A DNA stretch of 64,000 nucleotides from Ylistrum balloti (Eukaryota): contig NW_026782129.1 of the NCBI RefSeq assembly GCF_031769215.1, forward strand, positions 806,001 to 870,000. The letters are read 5' to 3'. The translations under genes were made by a program, and so were the position numbers. The notes beneath the pieces are model-generated. The model saw only the letters and a list, made by a program, of their open reading frames with translations. It had not been told where the DNA came from and ran no database searches. Of this stretch, positions 38,866 through 49,842 are shown piece after piece. Position 1 is the first letter of the stretch, and each line of letters opens with the position of its first letter.

Positions 38866-41800
38866 CTTAATAGGTTGATATGTGGTGGTTTCCCGTTCAA
38901 CATGTCTGTATTAAATGAAGAATTTAGCAGAAATTCCTCTCGTCCAATCTGTGGCACCATTAATATATCAGGTAAGGTATGATGTCCTTCTTTGGTGATA
39001 TAGACGGTGGAATTGCTTGGAAGTTCCAGCATTGTTGATATGAATCCTTGTCGATAGGTTAGATCCTGATTTTCATGACTGTTGTATGATTCAAATGATG
39101 AAATCTTGTAATGCGACCATGATCATAAAATAATCTCACATCATCGCAAATTTCACCATGAATCATAGTATTTCACGTAACGATGTTATCTAGATGGTTT
39201 TTAAATGTGCGCTTCGAATATTGGTAGTTCAAGAATGAATAAATCGATGTTTGAAATTATGAATCAATTAACACATTTGTTTATATCGAAGCTTGATAAG
39301 CCGCAATGTTTATAACGAATTAAGGATGTTACCGTCTGCAAGATTAAGAAAACCGGTCATTTCAACATTCCAATGATGTTTCTATTGATTTGCACAATGA
39401 TATTTCATGGCGGGTTCTTTAATTTTGCTTAGGTGAGTATTTATAAAAAATCAAAATCGTCAATGACATTTATGCAATAAAAAATATGGCTTTTGATCAC
39501 TGGCGGCTTTAATGAAACCAGGATTCCAAATGCTGTCGCAGCTGTTGTTGCTTCATTGTCATGGAATAGCTTGTTAACTGTAGCGGTGCTGAAAGTCAGG
39601 GAATTGTTTGTTCACTGCAGTGATGCTAGGTTGTCAAGAAATTTGTTGTTCACTCAGGGCATGCTGGGTGGTCAGAGGAATATTCTTGCTAGTGTGCTGG
39701 ATAGTAAGGTAATTATGATTTACCACTTTTGTATTTCTTGATTGTAACGGGTTATTTGTTCACTTTGGCGGTAGTGGGTTGTTCACTTACCATTAGGTGT
39801 TCATCATGTTCGACCTACCTTATACTCGCGCGCGCGCTCTCTCTCCAGGTTAGTTTATCGATGTGCCAAGTTAATACTTTGCGTCATATTACAGCGTGTC
39901 AGCCGCTCACGGCGTAGTGATCTGTTTGTTTATCGTGTCGGCGTTATCATGGAAATGCAATCGGAGTGATACTTACAATATTAAGAGGAAATAGTCCAGG
40001 TGTGTAAGAATTCTTTCCTTTGTAAATGACGAGAAAGATATAAAATGTTTAAGGGAAGACGTTCATTGAAGAGAAAATAATGGCTATGTTTTCAATTTTC
40101 CTATAATTAGTGACCAAGCTGACAGAATATAAGCGAAACTGTGAGCGGGAGAAACATCGTTTATTCACATAGCAGTGATATTTATTGTATATAGAGATCC
40201 AAAGTGCATAATAACATTAACCACTGTATACGTTTGAAAGGTGTGTCTTTTGTGATCGTAATAGCGGGATGATCTGAATAGTATCTCCGACTAAGCAAGC
40301 CGACTTTCGTAACGAACCCTTTCACATGTTAAACACAGTAACTGCAGTTGCGAAGACAGTTTCACAACAAACTATTGTTAACTGATCTAAGTACACGGCC
40401 TAATGCACACCTGTAACCTCTAGAGTTGACTGTTCAATGTTCTGATTAGTGAGTCGAAACTTAAAACAAAATTAGTTTTTATGACTTTTTAAGAACTTTC
40501 AGCAGGATTGTTTATTGATGAGGTAATCATTAAAGAGAGGTGTCTTTATGATGAGCTTACAATACAAAACATGTCATGGATTCAACTGAGGTGATCTTTA
40601 AGTATTACAAAAAAAAAAAAAAAAATGTAGACATCACTTCTATCTGATGAACAGTAAAGTTGCTTATTCTTGTTAATTACAAGTACATTATGTAGTATGT
40701 ATACAAGTGGAAGACGGCTCTGGATACATGGTAGAAGAACTACAGCTTGTCTCGCTTGTCTCATCATATAAGACAGATACAACAGTTCCAAGAAAAGAAG
40801 ATTAAATTTGTGTGCTTTCTGTTTGCAATTACATATTTAATGTAACATTTCATACCTTACATGGCTCCTCACATTTATACCATATTTATATAAAATTTGC
40901 TGATGTAAGTAAATATCGTACATTTCCAATCAATGTATCGATAATGTTAAGACTGTAATCTTTGTGCAGGCCTAATCCTAAAGCATAACTATCGATTAGT
41001 ACTAACTATGGAGTTGGAATACCTCGACCTATGCAACAACAAATTCCGACATCATTAAATAATATAAGACACGCAATATACACGGACATTTTCATAACAC
41101 CATTTAGATAATCATGATTAACATGAGGTCTCATGTGTCTCTGACAACTTGTTTACGTCTCAATGCAGAATGCACAATTATATATACAGCATAAGTAAAA
41201 GGTTTTGTTGGTCTCTTCAGATAAACAGGATGTTGTTAAGCGAACACAATATTATGTCTGCACCAACAATACAAATGCAAAATACATGAACAGGATATTT
41301 AACAGACAACAGCCATTACGCAACTGCGGTGACCGGGAGTAACACGAGTATATATATAAACATATATACACTATAACGTATTAACACTACACATCTGACG
41401 TGTTTGCAACATAATCATTTGACCTGTGGACGCATTTGGCTCATCTCTTCAATGTAAATTAACAGATAGCTGTGAAGCTGCTGTGAGTGGAGCCGAGAAA
41501 CAAAAGACACAAACCTAATATCACAGGTACATGGGAGCTCAATTTTTATAGCACTTGAAAACCATGCAATAGCCTTATAAAAAACTAAAAGGTTGTCAAC
41601 TTCTCACATTATCTAGCTCTCCGCCTACCCTCTCGCAGGACGTCTTAATCCTTCTCAACACACGAAATATTCTTGCTACAGGCCTACATGTGGGTTGGTT
41701 AACAAATTACCTTCTTCACAACAAGCCATGACTTGTGTTTCGGTATGTTCGCAAGATTCAAATGTTGGTAATATTTTCTTTCGTTGACTAGAAGTGATAC

Positions 41801-42256
41801 CATTTGATAATGAAAAAGCACCATAAAGCCAGTGTAAACTACGTCAAACATAAATATATGTATCGTTTTAATAGAACGTAGCATAACTGTTAGATTGGTT
41901 TTAATTCATATTGTTTATTGTCCTTTTAACAGTTCATGCCATTTAAAGACAATCTTCCTCCTCAATGAATGCGAGATGAGTGCATGTAATGGGTTCGAAT
42001 GACTGCAGACGTCACAACAACGCTGCAACCAGGTTAAAGTGTGAACTTTACAATTTAGAGTTGAAACGTTTGAATTGCACCTGTTAAAATTTTGTCATAA
42101 CATTGCACGCATATGTTATGGGGAAGTTACATGGAAACGTTTTAAGAATCCATAAAGTTTTGTTATATTTTTGGGGATGATGAATAATAGGAATGAATAC
42201 ATCCAGTAACAGACTAAATGTCTGTCGGTTTTTTAAATTTCTTAAATGTCTGTTAA

Positions 42257-45200
42257 TCATTGTTCACTTTTATTTTTCTTCTCGCGACTTTTATAAGCCA
42301 TGAAACCGTCCCCAAGGGCCGCAACTCCGCCGATCGCCGCAGTGTATGTCAAGGCAGTGTCTACCTGGAATGAAATAAAACGAGGAGTAGCATCATTTCG
42401 CCCTTTCGATGTGTGATAGGGGGATGTAAAGTTGGCAAACACTAGGCTTGCCCAATGTTTGCAACTACATAACCTTTCTGCTAGGACTGAAATCCAACTT
42501 TCTCATCTACAAAAAGTGGATTGTTATTTTTGTATACCCCTGTTGGTCTTTGTATTGTTATCACAATTCTTGGGATAATCAGTGTCACCTTGTTGTAAGT
42601 AAAGAGGAAATCCTCCGTCTGAACCTTTGGTTACGACAAAAAAGTCTCTTTTGTTGGACAGGTGTATACATACTTTTGGAATATGTTTCATAATTAATAA
42701 GTGATAAGACAAAGGCTCGCCACTTTTGTCTTTTTTCGCCTCCGCCAAAATACAACTTACATTTTAAGACACTGACCATGAATTATATTTATCCTGCAAC
42801 ATTGATTGAAAATCAGACTATTGGAATAAACAGAGTTGCTGTTTAACCTGACATTGACGTTACGCTGAATTTTGCCTGATGACGGACGCCAAAATGATTG
42901 CTTCGCGACGAAGCGTAGTTCCAAACATCATCAAATATTACAGCGATTTTTTTAAAATTTTCATCAATCAACTTGTTCATTACAACATGTAAAATCGCCT
43001 ATTTCAACAACTATTTATATTTCTAAACGTAACATTATAGTAAATTCAGAAAGGGATTCTGTCGAATTACCGCATGTGATAAAAATACTGCTGTTTTACG
43101 TCACTGCCGAATACATAAAAAATATATGTAGGAGGCGTACTGCGATAACGGCAGTGTTTTATACCGCCCTTGTTGAATACAAGCTATTCTGTATAATTCT
43201 TTGACTCCATTCACTATATAGATTAGTTTAAGTTCATCTACAATGTATATGTAGGAGAATTTCATTTTTTAATTTCTTTTTTACATTACTCTTGTTATCA
43301 TCAATATTGACTGCTTTCGTGGCGATTGAGAGATATTTACTCCAATAACCTTTTTATTCAATACTGCGTACTCAATAATCGCAAATATCGCTAGGCTCCT
43401 TGTTATGTCATATCATACTTGTTCTAATCGGTGCAATCAAGTGCATAATTAACTTCTTTCACATTACCAATTTAAATGCGGAACATCCCTATTATTGTAT
43501 GAAGTTGGTTTGTTTTTCTCGATTAAATGTCATTTTCCATATTTTAGAATTGACATTTTAATTAAAAACATTCATGTGGACCCAGTTGTCATCATAATGT
43601 GTGGTGATTGTATTTCATGTAAAATGACCGGTTAATTTCTACATAAATTCTTTCTACTAGAATTCCTTGATTAAACAGTTTCCATGTCGTTAATGGCAAT
43701 ATCGAACATCATTCCCAAATAATCTTCAATTTTGAATTATCTGATGTACATGGTTACTAAGTAGCCCCGCTTCATTGTAAGTGATTTACAGCTTTTCAGC
43801 TGAAATAAATATCCATATAACAAAACTGGTCACTGGTCAGTACTAATTGAACCATATATGCTAATTATGACTTACTTTTATAAAATTTCGTGTGTCTCAC
43901 TTCCAATCAATAAAAACAGGTACATTATTTTTCAATGAATTATCTGCTTGTGTACATGCAGATATATATGCTAATAGATTTATTTCTCATTTCATGCTAT
44001 ATAGAGGTATTATTACTAGTGCTAGCAACATTTTAATTATCGACACTGTAATTCAGCTGAATAATGGGAGTATAAAATTTCAAGTCATTACCGTCACCTG
44101 ACTGGAATATTAGACTACAATTATCGGTAGTTTTAACGAACTAAAGTAGCTACTAAAGGTTTTAAGTATATGCCTGGTATTATGATGTCGCACTCTCATT
44201 CAATAAATAGAATGGGTATTTACCTGTTTTGAACTTCTTTTATCATATCTAAGGTAGGATGCAAAGTGTTCACAGTTATTCCATAGAATATTGTAGCCAA
44301 TGACGCCAACCATTTCGTATGCTTTCTTTACAATTTCCTCTGCTTTTAAAGGTCTAAAATTGAAAAAAAGACATAACAATGAATTTTTTAAATTTATAAA
44401 ATATATGTTTGTCAATTAAGTGGTGTTATTCAAATAAGTATATTATTATTGCTCATTCGTCGCGTGTCTTTATAGTATGCGATATCTACTAATGGGGTCT
44501 GAGGTAGATTTAGGTCATTTTTGTTACAGTACATAATCGTATAGCATATTCCTAATAAAATGCCGACGTCTTAAACCATATTGAAACATTTCTGTGGTAT
44601 GAATTGCAAAACGATTCCCACACTTAAGAGATGGTAGTTGATCTCTCCATAATATTCAATCAACTTTACATTTACAAAGCAAACAAATTATGATGCTTTC
44701 TAATATGCAACATAAAGTAGTAGGTTCTTGAGATTGCAAAACTAGTAAACAAATACTTGCTCCCAAGGAGACGTTTAATGATCCCCAATTCAGTCCCCTC
44801 ACTGAATTAATCATGCCATGTTGAAAGTATATATGAGATATGATATTTACATACGTGGAATCCCGGTCCCTTGTTATTTATTCTTGTTTTACGTCCACTG
44901 GCAACTTTCCAAAAGTCGTCAATCCTTACAAAGGCTTTGTTAAACATCTTTCCACCAACAGAAAACATGCTACCTGGTGTAAAAGCATCAACACTATCCG
45001 CATCGTCAGCTCCGGATAAATGCACGTTCTTTTCGTCACCTTATCAAAAATAATAGAAAAAAAATAAACAATATTTTTCCTCATGCTAATCATTTGTCAC
45101 ATTATCTTTCCGTAAAAGGTATCAATTTCAATATGGTAATTTGGGTAATGTTACACTATATATTTGACATTGACATGTAACGTAATATGTCATTAATGGT

Positions 45201-45427
45201 CTATATAACAGACAAACCTTTACAGCCATCACACTGGATGTTATTTATCGCACCATAACCAGAATTCTTTCTGGTTAGTTTAAATCGTGAGATTACGATG
45301 TAAATGTTTATATAAAATGCAATGTCCGCCTATTTCATACCAAATAAGGTTACATAGCAGCGCATCACTTACCTATATATACACCCCAGTGTGCATATAA
45401 TGTTCTGGGAAATTCTGTTTCATACAT
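42257..45427 (-). pseudogene. PLAAT/HRASLS-like LRAT-domain phospholipase A/acyltransferase gene, probably frameshifted, 5' end unresolved
   Basis: Minus-strand exons 45373-45427 (EFPRTLYAHWGVYIG; 5' boundary uncertain), 44855-45039 (DEKNVHLSG...AFVRIDDFWKVASGRKTRINNK), 44224-44353 (PLKAEEIVKKAYEMVGVIGYNILWNNCEHFASYLRY) and 42257-42364 (hydrophobic tail AAIGGVAALG, then basic end). Catalytic HW, VHL and NCEHF motifs are present. Exon 2 ends in phase 0 but exon 3 starts in phase 2. Confidence 0.75.
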
Positions 45428-46424
45428 TTTAATTTTGTTTTCGCTATTTCGAAACGTTATTTCGTTGTATCGATGATTATTTAGTTTCATCGAAAAAACA
45501 ATTTCGTTGTTTTCAAATTAAATAAACTGAACATTTCTTCATTTGGAAATAATTTTTCGTTCCATCGAAACAATATGTCATTATAACGGAATTATATTTC
45601 CATATTTGATGGCGGATATGCGAGGATCATTCTGCTTTGAAACTTACAAATACTTATTTTAACCACAGATGAGCTGGAGACTACGTACAAAACATTTACT
45701 TTATTGACTGGTTCACCAAGTTATACCCTAACCCCCAACCCATCCAAAGGTTGGGATTTGTGGTATATAGTTATTACTTTTGGTTCTGTCATCACCTCGT
45801 GTACAGTATATGTAATTCGCACTTAACACCAAAAAATGAAACCACCAAGGCCTACACCTAAGGTTTGAATTCATAGGTTGCTCTTGAAAACTTTTGAAAT
45901 AAAGAACATGTCAACAGAACATAGCTCTCAAATGAATTATAAAAGGAAAAAGGTCAAGATCTGAGGGGGTATATGTATAAATCCCCTAACTCACTTTAAA
46001 CATTCCGTTCTGTAAAATAGAGGTCACAAACAGTAAGTTGTGAAAGTCAAAATCTAAGATGACATTCCGATGTTTATTTTGCTAGTGTGTGAAGTCGATA
46101 AACTGTATATGTCCTAGTAAAAGCACTTCTTAAATATGAGAAGTTTTTCGTTCGGTTTTCATTAAAACTTGTCATAATAATATTGTCAAACAACTGGGAA
46201 AAGGCGATTTGAACAGTCTACCCAATGTCTTTCTTCAATTGCAAAATAGTACACCTCAGTGGCGACAGTGTAACGAACTACTCAATTAATGCTATTATTT
46301 CATTAGATCATTTGTCGAAATGATGTAAAACTATTTCAAAATAATGAAAGAACAATTCGTAAAAAATAGAATAAAAAAAGTGTGAAGGATGTCAGTAATT
46401 GGTTTCGTAGTTACAATATAAACG

Positions 46425-46690
46425 TCTCACTGGTGACTTGTTCTGATCACTGAGTAAAATAAATGATTTTCAGACCTCGACCGGGCGTTAAGAAACGGTA
46501 CAAAGTGTCAGACATTACGGAGATCATGTAATTAATGTACAAGATGCGTTTATATATGTTTGAATGTAGATAATGACCACAAAGATATGTGTGGAGAATT
46601 AAAGTATTGGTATTCATAGACAAAATAGGATTTATTCCGGATTGAATTTGGAATTGAAATATTTTGAAATATGTTTATCTTTAACAGAAA
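46425..46690 (+). repeat. Unclassified dispersed repeat, copy 2
   Basis: Colinear with 15670-15960. Confidence 0.75.
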
Positions 46691-47295
46691 ACATTCTGTA
46701 TTCTGTATATGGCGAATGTATTATATTGTAAAGTAACCTCCCGAATTGTAATGATGCTTATCATCTGTGTGTCGTTTGTACAACCGTTGAGATAGCAGGT
46801 AGTAGACACTGCTGGTAAACTATGAGTCCCGGAGTTTACTTTATCTGAATGGTGACACGTTTCAGAATATACATATGCACTTGACTTTTTTTCTTAAATC
46901 ATCAAATATAGAAATGTTACGAAATTTACTGAATTATTTGTCTAGTGCACTTTCCTAGCTCTGGCATTTATTCGGTCACTTTAGATTTTACCATGCGCCG
47001 CCCAGTAGGTTCTTAGAATCATTGGCGAGTCCTAGAATAACGAAACGGATATATAATGCAGTTTAAGTCATTGCTTGGATTTGCTGCATCTTATCCAATC
47101 TTGTTTTATTAAATGTTGCGATAATTTTGTGGATACTTCTGTACAATCTTTGAAGTATTGGAGAAGTAAAACCAATCCAAACAACCATTAAGTACAAGAG
47201 CTCTCAACATGGGATGTTTTTGTTCTATATCGTACAATTATCATTAATATATTTTGACATTTTGGATTTTCCTCAATCGTCATCAGGAGTTTTAG

Positions 47296-47337
47296 CATCA
47301 GTGAGGATTCCTAGAAGGATGGGACCTACAATATAGA
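47296..47337 (+). ncRNA. Hammerhead-motif relic H6 (strongly decayed; the only + strand copy)
   Basis: CATCA-GTGAGGA-TTCC-TAGAA-GGAT-GGGA with the same spacing; the upstream flank resembles the H1 flank (AATCC..AAAATG). Confidence 0.5.
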
Positions 47338-47818
47338 GAAAGCTCGCGCGACGTTTATACTAGGACGCATTCGGACGTTAACCGAAGTGTCTTTGTCATA
47401 AGTTCCGAAATCATCATCAATATATCATCATATAAGGAACTGAGCTTGTGTATGAACCATTTTGAAGTTTGAATGAGCAATACTGCTTGTGACTGAGAAT
47501 GTTTGATAATAGTATCAAAAATCGTTATTTACCCAGCTTGGCTTCACAAATAAGTGTTGGAACTCAGCTTACTGTGAATGTATACGCCAGTACGTTTAAA
47601 GCGACACTAGAGTTCTGGTTAAAACAGGCAAACAACGAAAAGTTTCAAGACAAATTTGATATAAACATACGACACTGGCATCCTGCAATGTATCCACAAG
47701 AGATATAAGTTGGTGTTTTTTCAGTACATCAAATTGTCAAGAGGAAAGATCAGAATAATATTATTGCTTGGGACAAGTCGTATGTTGCTTTGATAAATTC
47801 TTGTAAAAAACTTGTCAA

Positions 47819-47914
47819 CTTCAATACTTCCCAGTAAAACATCTGTTACATTTTGTCAGCTTCGATACTCCTAGTAAAACATCTATTACATTATGTCATC
47901 TTCAATACATACCG
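47819..47914. repeat. ~41-bp imperfect tandem repeat (about 2.3 units)
   Basis: CTTC.ATAC...AGTAAAACATCT.TTACATT.TGTCA repeated. Confidence 0.8.
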
Positions 47915-48208
47915 ATATCTTTAGTGTTCGTTTGTATCAAAAGCAACTTATGAAGTTCAGAAGATTAAAATCCCAGTGAGATAAGTATGACCATCAGAAA
48001 AGTCCATGAACCTGTAACTCTTAAAATCCTGTGTTGAGAGTGTGTCAATTGCATGATATTGATAATAAGCCCTTGAATATAAAATCAACTGCGCCGGTGT
48101 GAATTTCCAGAAATGGAAAATTCAATCAATAGAGAGATGAAGATTTTTCCTCTTATTAATTAAATAATTGACTTTACAATGTAATAAAATGAATAATAAT
48201 ACTTCGAT

Positions 48209-48440
48209 GGTCGGGAGGCACAGTGGTAACGTTATCGCCTTTCACCTAGCCGCGGGAGTTCGATTTCTGGAATGGACGTGAAAAAGTATGGGTCACCTGC
48301 CCGACCACGTGGGTTTTCCTTGGGTAGTCCGGTTGCCTCCCACAGGAAAACCCCCGCACAGTTTCACCTGAGAGTTATCAATGATTAGCGTAAAACCTGT
48401 TTCGCAATGGTTGTAATATAAATAAAGTTCATTTATCTAT
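48209..48440 (+). mobile_element. tRNA-derived V-SINE (RUDI/BivaV-like), diverged copy
   Basis: A-box-like GGCACAGTGG, B-box-like GAGTTCGATTTC, V-domain-like GTGGGTTTTCCTTGGGTAGTCCGGTTGCCTCCCAC and an AATAAAGTT tail; colinear with 53078-53320. Confidence 0.82.
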
Positions 48441-49249
48441 TATCAGTACTTCCGAAGAATCCCGACCCGTACCAAACGAAATCGATTGATATAAGAGACA
48501 AAATGTTATATGACTTATTGCAATAATACCCTGGAGTTCATGGATAAAACTGTGATCAACACTGCAGACGACTTGGAATAACTGATCTTACATCAAAACT
48601 ATAGGAAATGAAAGACTCGCTGTGTCTTTGTATTGCAAATTAATCTTAAAACAGTTAAGACTGCTATTTCTCAAGAAATAAATTACAAATACACAAGGGT
48701 CCACGCATGTAATGTGATAAGTCCCTGATAGATAATAGATAAAGCCTTCTGATGGTATGGCCCACAGACTATACAACCCAATGCTACCTTTACCCGTACA
48801 GCTGTGTCTTTTCAAAAACAACAATCTAAAATGAGTGTTGTATCTCAGTAATGATAATAATGATAATAATAGTAAAGTAGTTGTACATCTGTATGTAGTG
48901 TATAGTTGTGTAAGCCCTCCGTTTGTTTCTAGACAAATGACCTTCCTAAAAGTCTCCTTTGCCTGGATTGCCACATTATCAATATCAATGATTTCCTTCC
49001 TTCGTTTTTGGATTACTGACTTATCGCCATCTATACTTACCTGGATCCATCTCCCCTGCAGTAACAGGTAGTTTGTTCTGATTAAAGTTTCTTCTACATG
49101 ATAAATTCTGATTCCTGCCTCCATCACTGTATCATTAAAACAAATTCATGTGAACAACTTCTTATAGTTTACCGACAAACAGAGATGCGCGTATGATAGA
49201 CATGTATATATCCTGTGGTCATACATGAATTAGCAAGCTTACTACTCTT

Positions 49250-49590
49250 TTCAATCAAATGGGTACGCTGAATCAGATACACGTATACATTTTGGACGAT
49301 ATGATAAGAGATACTTAAATAACTGTTCTTTTACTCTCTGATGATAGTAAGCTCGTAAAATGTATGAATAATTTATTATTGTCTGGTCTGGTACACGACG
49401 GATATTGCCTATAAATTGCTCAGATAGAAAAAACACACCCATCAAACCCCTCTTGACTACTTTTTCTTAACACGATCAAAATGTACTTTCTCCGACATAC
49501 AATAGAGTCTTTATCATATGTTCAGCGGGTGTAGAAGAGTCTGTCGTGCCTTTGATTTCATGTGTATATGCTGTCAACGTCTAGATGGAT
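49250..49590 (-). mobile_element. Older Penelope-like RT fragment
   Basis: Minus-strand VDSIYTHEIKGTTDSST at ~49500-49590; GTGTAGAAGAGTCTGTC is shared with position ~680. Downstream similarity is weak. Confidence 0.5.
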
Positions 49591-49694
49591 TAAAATGTGG
49601 TATGCAGGTTACTGTTTAAAAAACGCATACTTTTATAGCATCTGTTAATACAAATTTAGAATTAGATACAAACATCAAATGATGAATTAATATG

Positions 49695-49724
49695 CATCAC
49701 ACAGCTGTTTCGTCTTCAGTGTAA
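49695..49724 (-). ncRNA. Hammerhead-motif relic H7 with most of stem II deleted
   Basis: Minus strand TTACA-CTGA-[deletion]-AGAC-GAAA-CAGCTG-TG-TGATG, about 120 nt upstream of the copy D start codon. Confidence 0.62.
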
Positions 49725-49842
49725 AGCAAATTCAGCGTTGAGAGAAAATGGAATTATTTAACACTTCACTATGGCACTAGGGATAACTTTCAGTCAAAAC
49801 TTTAACTTTTCGTCCAGCGACTTCAGATGAACATAATTGGAT

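Noticed and set aside
41190-41225. Other CTGANGA-like hits as hammerheads (also ~4270-4290, 18037, 29097, 42877)
   Set aside because: No properly spaced stem II plus GAAA and no stem I pairing; 18037 is Tc1 coding sequence.
48588-49127. 179-aa minus-strand ORF
   Set aside because: It runs through a strong GTAAGT donor and an (AAT/GAT)n tract, has no recognisable domain and looks like a chance AT-rich ORF.
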